64,000 bases of DNA from Histomonas meleagridis 2922-C6/04-290x. Taxonomy: Eukaryota; Protista; Parabasalia. The DNA lies in contig JAANOX010000280.1 of NCBI GenBank assembly GCA_020184695.1, positions 62,001 to 126,000 of the forward strand, read 5' to 3'. Position 1 is the stretch's first letter. Every line of letters begins with the position of its first letter. Below, piece after piece: positions 22,605 to 32,991 of this stretch. The notes beneath the pieces were generated by a model. That model did no database searches. It saw only the letters and a list, made by a program, of their open reading frames with translations, and was not told the DNA's origin. The position numbers and the translations under genes are program-made.

Positions 22605-23777
22605 ATGTTTTCGAGAGTTAAGGCGCCAAGTTGGTTCGATACAAAAGCTATCAATGCAGAAGTTAAAAGAATTGACTCTCTCAAGATCTCAAAAGAGGAA
22701 AAAATTGCTCAACTTGAATCTTTAAAATCTAAGATACTTTCAATTCCATCTGTAAAATCTGTTGAAATCAAAAAAAGAGTTTTCGGCGGAAATGGAATTG
22801 TAGTTGTTCCAAGAATCGGTTTAATGTCTACAACAGTTGGAGGTGGCATTGGAAAAAGCACAACATCTGCTCATGTTAGCACTGGTTACAGTAATTACTT
22901 CAAGAAGAATGAATCTTTCCAGTTTAAGTTTGAATCCAATTACAAAGGATTCCCAATTTTCACTTTTCTTTATGATCAACCTTTTATCAAAAACGCAGAC
23001 TTCAACACAAATATGAACCCTATTCCAAAATACTCTTTTGAAGCTAAATATCAAAAAGAAAGTATCAAAAATTTCCCTATTCATGTTGCCTCAATTTCTT
23101 CAATTTACAGACCAAAACTTAGCAATCAAATAATTTCACTTGAATGTTCATTAACATATGAAGATGTATCTCCTAAAGCTCCAATAGCCTTTAGAATGGA
23201 TCCGTCACCTTATGGAAAAATTGCATTTAAAACAGAATTCCCAATAATCCCATCAAATGGATTAAAATTCGAAGCCGGTTCATTTGTATATGACCGTAAA
23301 TTCGTACCTTATTTCAAAACGCAGGAATCTATTAACATCAAATTTCCATATGGATTTGGTATTTTTCTATCATCTGGTATTATTTTATCTCCTAAAGCAG
23401 TTCCATCTGCGGAGAAATTTAGAATTGGTAGTGTTCCTTATGCTCGTGGAGTTGAAGATCAACAATTATGTCAAAGCATTGTTGGTTTCCCAAGTGGAAA
23501 TGATTCATATGTTTCATGTACCCTTGAGTTCTTAAGTCTTCTTTTCCCTCAGTATCAAGTTAATGCACACTTCTTCTTGAACGGAGCGCTTGGAATGAAT
23601 TTGAAATCAAATAACTTCCTCGATGGGGCACCCCATTTTTCATCGTTGGTATCTGCAGGCGCTGGAATTGAGTTCCAGCAAGCCGGATTTAATGTAGAGA
23701 TTAATGGCCAAATCCCACTTCATATTTCTGATGACCTTAAATTTGCCAAGTTTCAGTTCGGAATATCTCCAAATTAA
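22605..23777 (+). CDS. SAM50: Omp85/BamA family beta-barrel, hydrogenosomal Sam50-like
   Basis: 'EKFRIGSVPYARGV' (VRGF-loop equivalent), 'GNDSY', 'AHFFLNGA', 'SAGAGIEF' and the terminal beta-signal 'FQFGI'. Confidence 0.75.
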   Translation: MFSRVKAPSWFDTKAINAEVKRIDSLKISKEEKIAQLESLKSKILSIPSVKSVEIKKRVFGGNGIVVVPRIGLMSTTVGGGIGKSTTSAHVSTGYSNYFKKNESFQFKFESNYKGFPIFTFLYDQPFIKNADFNTNMNPIPKYSFEAKYQKESIKNFPIHVASISSIYRPKLSNQIISLECSLTYEDVSPKAPIAFRMDPSPYGKIAFKTEFPIIPSNGLKFEAGSFVYDRKFVPYFKTQESINIKFPYGFGIFLSSGIILSPKAVPSAEKFRIGSVPYARGVEDQQLCQSIVGFPSGNDSYVSCTLEFLSLLFPQYQVNAHFFLNGALGMNLKSNNFLDGAPHFSSLVSAGAGIEFQQAGFNVEINGQIPLHISDDLKFAKFQFGISPN

Positions 23778-23895
23778 TTTAATAAATCATATTTAAACTT
23801 AATCAAAAATTATACTAAAGCTCGTGCGATGTAGTAGCAAGAAAAAAAATGGAAATAAATTTTGAAAATATCATAATTTGTTTTATGTTCGGTGT

Positions 23896-24228
23896 TTAGA
23901 TAGTGCTAGGATAGAGCATAACGCGGACCTTCTTGCCAAGCATAATTGGTGGGAGGTTACGATCAAACTTCGCACGGACAATACCGCTGTTTCCATGTTC
24001 CTTTGTAATAACACCCCAGTTAATGTGAGCTTCAATCTTTTTACCATCTTTGCCAACTTTAGCCTTTACATATGATGCAACCTTTTTTCCGACATAGAAT
24101 TTTGCTTCTTCTTTTGAATTAACACCGCTAATCTGAAGGAGAGCTTGGTTTGGATTAATTTGGCGCTTGCTACGACGGAATGAAGTGAATACTGCACTAA
24201 CCCAAAGTTTTGGTTCTGGGGCTGACAT
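23896..24228 (-). CDS. RPL35A: 60S ribosomal protein L35a (eL33)
   Basis: 'FTSFRRSKRQINPNQALLQISGV...FYVGKKVA...WGVITKEHGNSGIVRAKFDRNLPP...RVMLYPSTI'. Confidence 0.95.
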   Translation of the reverse strand: MSAPEPKLWVSAVFTSFRRSKRQINPNQALLQISGVNSKEEAKFYVGKKVASYVKAKVGKDGKKIEAHINWGVITKEHGNSGIVRAKFDRNLPPIMLGKKVRVMLYPSTI

Positions 24229-24281
24229 TTGTGTTCAGAATGGCCACAAAAAACCGACAAAACGTTCTCCATAAGTATTTC

Positions 24282-24311
24282 GACATGTGACATGACATTT
24301 ACATAAAAGTG
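24282..24311 (+). repeat. 30-bp direct repeat, left copy (GACATGTGACATGACATTTACATAAAAGTG)
   Basis: Matches 26010-26040 with 2 mismatches and a 1-nt indel; the first 17 bp are identical. Confidence 0.85.
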
Positions 24312-24458
24312 GAATCAAAATTATTTTGTTCAAAAGTTGGGTTGTTACCGAAAACCGAAATTTCCTTGTTAAAATTTCAATTAGCATAGAAAATGTACCT
24401 GCTGAACATTGAATTTGGCAGTTGGAGGTAAAAAACATTTTTCATCTCATTCTCAAAT

Positions 24459-25733
24459 ATGTTCGCATTATTATTCGGCAGTGCATTATCTGGATGTGAT
24501 GTTTTTGTCATGGCACCACTTGTAATGTTTGATTCAAATCAAAACCTTCTTGATTCAGGGAAATACGAATATTGGTTTGGACAACTTCAAGGTGCAGGAG
24601 TTAAAGGTATTATGATTGATGTTTGGTGGGGTCTTTGTGAACAAACACAAAAAAATTACAAATTTACAGGTTATAGGACAGTCTTTAATATGCTTAAGAA
24701 CAAAGGACTTAAAATCATTCCTGTTATGTCATTCCATCGTTGTGGTGGTAATGTTGGTGATTCATGTAATATTCCTATCCCAGATTTTGTTTTCCAAGGT
24801 TCTGTTCAACCATATTTCATTGATGTTCTTGGTAAGACTGATTCTGAATATATTTCTTTTGCTTATGATGATGTTACGATCAATGGTCGTACACCACTTC
24901 AAATGTATCATGATTTTATGACAGCTTTTTCGAGATCAATTTAATGATTTAATTAATGATGGAACGATCATTGAAATTGAAGTTGGTGCAGGACCATGTG
25001 GAGAGCTTCGTTATCCTTCATATCAACTTGATAAATGGTCATATTCAGGATGTGGTTCATATCAATGTTATGATCCAATGATGAAGAATAAATTCAAAGA
25101 AGCAGCATCATCTGCAGGTCATCCAGAATGGGATTCACCACCAACAGATACAGGTGATTATAATGTTCGTCCAGGAGGTTCATCATATTGGGGGAATGGT
25201 TGGAACACTGAATATGGGAAATTCTTTAACAAATGGTATGCTAATCTTCTTATTGAACATGGTGCAAATGTTTTAAAGGATGCACGAGAAATATTTGGTA
25301 ATTCACTTCGTCTTTCTTGTAAGATATCTGGTATTCATTGGCAATATACTACAGCATGTCATTGTGCAGAACTTACAGCTGGTTATTATAATATTTGGGA
25401 TTATGATGGTTATCAAACAATCATTAATATGTTCAAAACAATATAATATTGAAGTATGTTTCACATGTCTCGAAAATGACAGGTGAAGATTATAGTGCAG
25501 GAAGTAATCCACCAGCACTCGTTTCTCAAATCTTAAGAGATACGAAGAATGCAGGCCTTAAATTTGAAGGTGAAAACGCACTTGAAAGATATGATTGGAC
25601 TGCTTATAATCAAATCAAGTCATGGGTTTATCAAGGATTATCAACCTTCACTTATCTGAGGCTTTGTGATACTTTGATGAACAATAACTTTAACGATTTC
25701 AAGAATTTCGTTAATGCAATGAACAATGCATAA
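24459..25733 (+). CDS. Secreted beta-amylase (GH14), copy B; three +1 homopolymer indels (24926-30, 25435-38, 25473-76), probably errors
   Basis: Signal peptide MFALLFGSALS, 'VFVMAPL' and GH14 motifs. The intact frame is recoverable from copy A. Inr-like TCATT at 24447-24451. Confidence 0.88.
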
Positions 25734-26009
25734 ATAAAAATATATTTATCTAAATTGTTTTCAATATGAAGTTTAATATATATAATTTAATTATGTACAA
25801 TGTTCTATCAAATGTGTTATGATACATTAATGATTTCATCATTCAGTAACCAAATTCATATTTATTTTTTTTTTTTTTATAAATTTGATCCCATAAATCC
25901 CCTCAAAATATGTACAACACCAAAAGAGTTCACAATATGAAAAATATTCTGTAATAAATAAATATATAAAGAATTTTAAACAATTTCGATTCTTTTGTTT
26001 TTTTGATAT

Positions 26010-26040
26010 GACATGTGACATGACATATGCATAAAAAGTG
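26010..26040 (+). repeat. 31-bp direct repeat, right copy (GACATGTGACATGACATATGCATAAAAAGTG), immediately upstream of Kae1
   Basis: Pairs with 24282-24311. The mirrored copies lie at 16049-16079 and 17659-17688. Confidence 0.85.
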
Positions 26041-26061
26041 ACGACAGTTTTTTTTAAAAAA

Positions 26062-27047
26062 ATGTATTTTCTTGGACTTGAAAGCAGTGCAAATAAAATT
26101 GGGATTGGAATTGTTCAAAAAGATGGGACGATATTAGCTAATGTTCGTAAAACATTTTGTGCGCCACTTGGAGAAGGTTTTCGACCATCAGAAACAGCAG
26201 ACCATCATCGTTCGAATGCAATTCCATTAGTATTAGAAGCATTTAAAGTTTCAGGTATTACACCACGAGATATTAAAGCTATTTGTTATACGATGGGACC
26301 AGGATGGGTTCACCCTTTAGAAGTTTGTGCTCTTCTTGGGCGTACATTATCACAATTATGGGATATTCCTCTATTGCAGTTAATCATTGTGTAGCACATA
26401 TTGAAATGGGTCGAGTAGTTACAGGCTCACGACATCCAGTTGTATTATATGTATCAGGAGGTAATACACAAGTTATTGCGCGTAGTGGAGATCGTTATAA
26501 TATTTTTGGCGAAACACTTGACATTGCAGCAGGGAATTGTATTGATCGTTATGCTCGTTTAGTTGGAATTTCGAATGATCCAGCGCCAGGTCTCAATGTT
26601 GAACTATCAGCACGCCAAGGTAAGAAATATATTGCGCTTCCATATGTAGTCAAAGGTATGGATGTTTCGTTTTCAGGTATCTTAACGAAAGTTGAAGAAC
26701 TTATTAGTCAAAGTGAATACAGCGTTGAAGACCTCAGCTTCTCCGTCCAAGAGACAGTCTTTTCTATGCTTACAGAAATCACTGAACGAGCACTTGCGCA
26801 CTGTGAAAGTAACGAAGTATTAATTGTTGGAGGCGTTGGATGTAATCGGCGCTTGCAAGAAATGGTCGGAGATATGGCGCGTATGCGAGGAGCGACAGTC
26901 TGCGCTATGGATGATCGATATTGCATTGACAATGGAGCTATGATTGCATATGCAGGGTCTCTTATTGAACACAGGAGTATTCCTATTGAAAAGGCGATAA
27001 TTTCACAACGATATCGAACAGATCAAGTTATTGTTGATTGGGAATAA
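26062..27047 (+). CDS. OSGEP: Kae1/OSGEP, copy B (two -1 indels near 26304 and 26372)
   Basis: Same motifs as copy A; the indels fall at different positions from the one in copy A. Confidence 0.9.
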
Positions 27048-27421
27048 AATAAATATATAGAAAATAGAATATTGAAAATTAATAAATTTTTTTTAACTAA
27101 TATGAAAATATCATTCATATATTGAAGTAAATTTAAATTTAAGAAAAGAAGATCAGATTTGTTTGTTTTATATAGAATACTTGAAAATTCTTGTTTACTT
27201 AAACCAGTCTGGAATTTATATTCACTTGGTTATTGTTGATTGGGAATAAAATAAATATATAGAAAATAGAATATTGAAAATTATTAAATTTTTGTAACGA
27301 ATATGAAAATATCATTCATATATTGAAGTAAATTTAAATTTAAGAAAAGAAGATCAGATTTGTTTGTTTTATATAGGATACTTGAAATTTCTTGTTTTCT
27401 TGTCTGGAATTTAGAATCACT
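27027..27421 (+). repeat. About 202-bp tandem duplication of the Kae1 terminal codons (VIVDWE*) plus 3' UTR
   Basis: Units start at 27027 and 27229 (gttattgttgattgggaataa...); the second unit is diverged. Confidence 0.85.
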
Positions 27422-27593
27422 CAATCATCCAACAAGGCGAATAAATTTTATTATACATGTGTTGAACTGGTATTAGAAGTTGAAGAGGGATATAGAAATC
27501 ATTTGTTTATATTGTTGATTTGGTGTGAAAATACTTAAAATTAAAAAAATACTTTAGCTATATATAATTTACTAAAAACATTAAATTTTAAAA

Positions 27594-28142
27594 TTATAAA
27601 AATTCATTAAAGATTGAGCCGTCGTGAGGAACCAAACATCCGCAAGTTAGACATACCAAATCATATATTGACCAAATGCCAAGACCACCAAATGTGAAAA
27701 GTTTAACAAACCCTTGTGGGATATATCCTAGATAAAATAAATCTGCGCCAAATCCTCCGAAAAATACAGATAATGCAAATGTCGTATAAAATGAGTATGA
27801 ACGTACTTCTTGACAATATTGAAGCATTTCAAATTTACGTGGTCCTAAACATTCCACTGATGGTAAAACTTCACAAACTGTTTTTTGAGGTCTTGAACTT
27901 GATTTACATTTACCATTTGTAAAATAACATTTTAACTTCTCTTTTTGTAATTGCCAGCAATATATACATGGAATTTTTTCAATTTTATATCGATTTCCTT
28001 CGCAAGAAATTTCTGAATTTAATGTACAATTAACTTTAACAGTACGTTCTAATTTACATTCGTCTATTTGACATTCATAATGCGATGGCCAAAAATTTGA
28101 ACAATTTGCAGAGAAAACATTCGTAAAAAGAACACAAAACAT
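27594..28142 (-). CDS. TM2 domain-containing protein (TM2D/almondex-like)
   Basis: Signal peptide, Cys-rich ectodomain and 'TFALSVFFGGFGADLFYLGY...KLFTFGGLGIWSIYDL'. Confidence 0.88.
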   Translation of the reverse strand: MFCVLFTNVFSANCSNFWPSHYECQIDECKLERTVKVNCTLNSEISCEGNRYKIEKIPCIYCWQLQKEKLKCYFTNGKCKSSSRPQKTVCEVLPSVECLGPRKFEMLQYCQEVRSYSFYTTFALSVFFGGFGADLFYLGYIPQGFVKLFTFGGLGIWSIYDLVCLTCGCLVPHDGSIFNEFL

Positions 28143-28222
28143 TTTGGACACAAAATTTCTTTTTCAAATATTAATGACATAAATATTTATTCACAAATTT
28201 CATATTAATCCGTTAACAATAA

Positions 28223-31200
28223 TTAGATTTCTATTTCTCGCTGCATATCTGGTATTTTTATAATACAGAAATCAATTTTCCCATTCAAAGTGTTATATTG
28301 TCCAAACCTTTCTATTTTATATTGAATATTCATCAATGATTTCATGATTGTCATATCAACAATAACTTCTCCAAAATCAGCTTCTTTCAAAATAGTACTT
28401 GACACCATAAAAGTATCGGAATACAAAGACACATATTCATGATCTGTTTGGTTAATTTCAAATAAGCATCTCGATCCGTTCAAAATCGACATCTTAAACT
28501 CATCAGAGTAAATACTCATCAAATGGGCACCTAAAGAGAGCGCATCTTTTATGTATTGTCTATTAGTTTCACTTGAATAAGTATTAAATAATAAAAAGAA
28601 ACTAAACCTCTGTAATTTCTTGTACATTAATGTTGTATATGACTCTGATGTGGAACTTATTTCGTCTATAATCTCTTCGAATTTGTCAAGAGATAATCCC
28701 GGTCTAATAATAATATCAATAACAATGAAATTACTAATCAACAACATCTTCTCTTGGTTTTGCATGTCATCATACCATGAAGGAAGTAGAATTAATTTCT
28801 CTAAATTATCAACTTCTGCTTCTAATTTTTGTACATTTAATTTCAAATCTGTCAATTCTGTTATATCATAAATCAGTGTACATTTTCCATATAATTTAAT
28901 TTTTGAACCATATTCATCTTTAGCACTACTATCAACACCAACAGGAACATATTTCAAAAAGTGCGTTTTGCCATCGGCCGTAACGGTTTCTCTTGGCAAC
29001 TGACTAACGGTCAATTTTGTATAATCAGAAATTTGAGTTGCATCAACCGCGAAATTATTCATAAATTTGATGAAACCGTTTTTATGAGTGAAAATTATAC
29101 CGTAGGGCACCCCTTCGATCAAATCGTCACTTAAAAAGTTTATTCCTTTATCGTCTTTGTTATAAAACTGATAAAAAGATTCATAAAATGGCGATTCATC
29201 AGGCAAAAATGTGCAAATTCTTATAAATACTTCGACGAATTTAATTCCAGATTTATAAGTATAAACGTTTGATATGAAATAAATAATTTGGAACACCAAA
29301 TAAATGAAAATCAAAAAATTAAAAAAAAACATTGATTGACAAGCTTCATTTTCGAATATTTCTTTAATATTATTAATGAAATCGACGCTAAAGTTATAAG
29401 GTATGAAAGTTGATTGACCTACAAAATTATAATGAAACTCGCCAGGATTTAATATTTGCGTAAATATAAATGCTAAGTTATGAAGTTGAAAGAAGAACAA
29501 TGATGACAAATCATCTCTATACTTACTTAAGCTTAAGTCTCTAATTGGTATTGTATTAGCATTAATAAGTGAATTCATTTCATTACATTCCACTTCAAAT
29601 GAGAACGATGTTGAAAAAGGTTCGAATTGATTCAACAAATTATATATTGAATGCATTATACATAAAGAATTATTTGAAATGTCAGAAAAGTTCGCACTAT
29701 TACTATTAGATACAATTGGATAATATGAATTTTGTATTGTTGCTAAAGCTAAATTCAAATTTAAAGTTTCTTTAATAGTATTAATATTTTCAGTAAACAC
29801 AACTTTAAATAACATTATCATAGCTAATTGGAATATAAAACTAATAAAATAAATGAAAAATACTGTTGATGATATAGCTATATGTTGTGGTATAAATAAA
29901 TATTTCGGTGGATGAAATAATTTATTCGAAAATTTGGAATAACGACTTACAAGTTTAGCCACAGATTTTTTAGGTATTTTAAATGGTAAATATGAAATTC
30001 GTTTTAATTTATTCTTTAAAGTTACAAAAAGAATTATAACAGCAACTAATAAAAATGCATAAACACAACCGAATAATATAAATTGACATTCATAAACATT
30101 ATTATTAGTTTCAACTAAGTTATCTAATCTTTGATTTAAATAATTTGTTGAGTTAATATAATTATTTAAAACATTTAAACTATATTGTTCGACCATTCTA
30201 AAATTAATTTCTTTATTTGATATTAATAAATTAATAGTTTCTAATAAGAAATTATAATAATTATCAATTAATGTTTGATTAAATAAATTATATTTCACTA
30301 AAATATTTGGAATTTCAGTATTAATAATTCGATTACATTGATTTATAACATTTGCAATTTCGGGCATTGATGTATTTAAAGTAATATCATATTGATAATA
30401 TAATAATATATAAACAATTTCATAAGTTGATTGATATATAGGTTGTGAATATGTTAAATATGGTCGAATAATACTTCCTTCAATAGAACTTTTGACACAA
30501 AAAAGTAATAATAATCCAATCATTGCAACGGCAAATAATAATGCAACCATTTCTACAACATATAAAAATATTAAAAATAATTTTCGTTGTTTTGAAAATG
30601 ATTGATTAATTGATTCACATAATTCATATTGTTGTTTGTTTATATTTGATAATTTCGGTTGTATTAATTTCATTTCATTATTTGTTTCATTTTCATTTTC
30701 ATTATCATTATTATTATTAATTTTTGTATCAGATTTAATTTGTAATTTGGTTAAGTCAACAGTAATGTTTTTAATGAACTCAATGTATTTTAATGCAAAA
30801 TTATCTTCCGAAAATTCATTAATTTCATGTGACTTAAAATATTTCTCTAAATTTAATGAATTCTTTTCGATTTTCTTTGAATAATATAATACTTTATCTG
30901 ATGATGATAATAAAATCGATTTCCAAAATTCATATTGTGAATTATAACATTTTTGTAATAATATATCTAATTGTTTTTGTTTTAAAGTAGTTTTATCTTC
31001 AATGTTATCATTAGTTTCTTTTACTTTTTCAATTAACGATGCAAGTAATAACTTATTAAATAAGTTTAAGTTATGTATCTTTAATAAACTTTCGCCAATC
31101 TCATAAAAGCCTTGGAAATCATATGTGCCTTGTTCTAAATAACGTAATGCAAAAATACATATTTCGATATCATCTGTATTATTTTTGATTATAGTTGATA

Positions 31201-32431
31201 TTACATCATAATTAGAAATGTTTTCGGATAATAATGGATCATTATATAATAATAAAAATGTTATGTCTGATTTGGTCATATTCTTTAAATCGTCAATTTC
31301 AAAGTTCATTCCAAGTTTTTCATATTTCTTCTTGCGTAAATAAAATAATGTAATTGTAATAACTAAAAATAAACATAAAATTCCGATAAATGAATATTCA
31401 ATAGGACGCTTCGAATCTGGAAAAATGATTATAAACTCACCGCCAATAGAAAATATAAATAAAAATTCAGATAAAACTAATGAAAAAATTTGCATATAAT
31501 ATGAAAAATGATATGTCTTGAAAAATGTTAAATAAAACATTTTGCCTGCAGAAAAAATTCGTATTAATGATAACATAAAATTAACTTTTTCAGTAAAAAA
31601 ACGTGATAAAATTGATAAAAATATGCTAAGAATAAGATGCCCAAGCCAATTAACTAATAAATATGGACTACGAGTGGAATATGGCGTATTGTAAATGCCA
31701 CATTTGACAACGCCTATGTAAGCGCATGAAAATAAAATGGGTAATGTGAAAATTGAAATTATTGGAATGACTATAAACTTTAATTCAGCTGTGTGTACTA
31801 AAGAACAAATACATGAAAAAAGATTCGTAATAACTAATAATAATAAATATATGGATAACGAGGATGTAAAAAAATTAGCAAACGATTTTAGATGACCAAT
31901 AGCAAATGATTTCTTTCTATGAAGATAAAATGTGATATACATAATTAAACATAGAAAAAAAATAAGCAAAATAATATAAAATGGTGGACTTATGTATAAG
32001 ATATTTCGAAAGCCTGAATTAAAGCAACTATAATATATGCAGCTAAAAAATAATTCAATGACTGAGTTATTCGGGAAAATATAATAGAAGCATGTTAAAA
32101 TAAATATTAGCATCATAATTGTAGGAATAATAAAAATGTAAAATGGCTCATATTGAATTAACGCATTATCAGTAACGAAGTCAAAAATAAAATTTTCGAT
32201 ATGTGAGCTAGCATTACTATAAATCATATACTTATCTTTCCCAGGTAATTTCCCAATTATAGGATTATATTGCTGACTAAATGTGAGATCTGAGAACTTT
32301 GAGTCCACTATTGTGATATTTTTTCCTTTGCTACTATGAATACTGCTCAAATTTGTTTTGTGTGATGGGCTTATCGCACCATTCAAAAATTTATCTTTGG
32401 CTCTCAGGTTCAAAAAACCGTTTCTGAACAA
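28223..32431 (-). CDS. Polytopic membrane protein with a C-terminal PAS-like domain, coiled coil and degenerate class III nucleotide-cyclase-like domain; start uncertain
   Basis: More than 10 TM segments; 'LIEGVPYGIIFTHKNGFIKFMNNFA...LIYDITE' is PAS-like; the following region resembles a cyclase fold without clear catalytic residues. The ORF starts at TTG. Confidence 0.6.
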   Translation of the reverse strand: MFRNGFLNLRAKDKFLNGAISPSHKTNLSSIHSSKGKNITIVDSKFSDLTFSQQYNPIIGKLPGKDKYMIYSNASSHIENFIFDFVTDNALIQYEPFYIFIIPTIMMLIFILTCFYYIFPNNSVIELFFSCIYYSCFNSGFRNILYISPPFYIILLIFFLCLIMYITFYLHRKKSFAIGHLKSFANFFTSSLSIYLLLLVITNLFSCICSLVHTAELKFIVIPIISIFTLPILFSCAYIGVVKCGIYNTPYSTRSPYLLVNWLGHLILSIFLSILSRFFTEKVNFMLSLIRIFSAGKMFYLTFFKTYHFSYYMQIFSLVLSEFLFIFSIGGEFIIIFPDSKRPIEYSFIGILCLFLVITITLFYLRKKKYEKLGMNFEIDDLKNMTKSDITFLLLYNDPLLSENISNYDVISTIIKNNTDDIEICIFALRYLEQGTYDFQGFYEIGESLLKIHNLNLFNKLLLASLIEKVKETNDNIEDKTTLKQKQLDILLQKCYNSQYEFWKSILLSSSDKVLYYSKKIEKNSLNLEKYFKSHEINEFSEDNFALKYIEFIKNITVDLTKLQIKSDTKINNNNDNENENETNNEMKLIQPKLSNINKQQYELCESINQSFSKQRKLFLIFLYVVEMVALLFAVAMIGLLLLFCVKSSIEGSIIRPYLTYSQPIYQSTYEIVYILLYYQYDITLNTSMPEIANVINQCNRIINTEIPNILVKYNLFNQTLIDNYYNFLLETINLLISNKEINFRMVEQYSLNVLNNYINSTNYLNQRLDNLVETNNNVYECQFILFGCVYAFLLVAVIILFVTLKNKLKRISYLPFKIPKKSVAKLVSRYSKFSNKLFHPPKYLFIPQHIAISSTVFFIYFISFIFQLAMIMLFKVVFTENINTIKETLNLNLALATIQNSYYPIVSNSNSANFSDISNNSLCIMHSIYNLLNQFEPFSTSFSFEVECNEMNSLINANTIPIRDLSLSKYRDDLSSLFFFQLHNLAFIFTQILNPGEFHYNFVGQSTFIPYNFSVDFINNIKEIFENEACQSMFFFNFLIFIYLVFQIIYFISNVYTYKSGIKFVEVFIRICTFLPDESPFYESFYQFYNKDDKGINFLSDDLIEGVPYGIIFTHKNGFIKFMNNFAVDATQISDYTKLTVSQLPRETVTADGKTHFLKYVPVGVDSSAKDEYGSKIKLYGKCTLIYDITELTDLKLNVQKLEAEVDNLEKLILLPSWYDDMQNQEKMLLISNFIVIDIIIRPGLSLDKFEEIIDEISSTSESYTTLMYKKLQRFSFFLLFNTYSSETNRQYIKDALSLGAHLMSIYSDEFKMSILNGSRCLFEINQTDHEYVSLYSDTFMVSSTILKEADFGEVIVDMTIMKSLMNIQYKIERFGQYNTLNGKIDFCIIKIPDMQREIEI

Positions 32432-32991
32432 GTTTCAATTTTGCTCAAAATCAAAAGATCAGAGATGTTTCGAAACATGTCGGTTATATCTTTTTCATCA
32501 CCGCTGTTTATTGCCGCTTAGCCATTAGTGTATGTTTATGATGCACACAATAAAAACATCTTTATCACGGCTTGGGTGACCAGAAAATTGAGAACTCCAG
32601 TCGTAAATTTATAACGAACCTTTTTGTGAAGATTTATTTCTGTTTGAAAGGGAAAATAATTTGCTAGTAAACTTCTGAATTGTCGCCGATAAAAATCTGG
32701 CACCTCAAATCCTGTGAAAACAAAAGCAAATTAAGTTTTTAACATTATTATTTTTATTTTAATCTACATACATATGATTTCTTATGCATTTTCTACAAGC
32801 TGATGCAGTAAGACTTTACATTTGCTCTCTCTGGAAATTTGATTTCAATTAAAAACTAACAATTATTCAAGAGAATAAACATTAATACTCCACTCATAGG
32901 TAGTCTTGGAGATATAGTTTTGTTTAACAAAAAAGTTTTCATTTTAAATAATAAATAAAAACAAATATATTAACATTTAACAGTTAAATAT

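Larger units (their letters stand above)
24257..27293 (+). repeat. Right arm (probable source) of the inverted duplication
   Basis: Reverse complement of 14793-17713. It retains the full amylase 5' end and adjoins the eL33 promoter. Confidence 0.95.

Noticed and set aside
15324-26372. Programmed frameshifting or complementary pseudogenes in the Kae1 and amylase copies
   Set aside because: The indels sit in or next to homopolymer runs and differ between near-identical copies. This is the typical signature of poorly polished long-read repeats.
32465-32478. 14-bp palindrome ATGTTTCGAAACAT
   Set aside because: Several such palindromes are expected by chance in 64 kb of AT-rich DNA.
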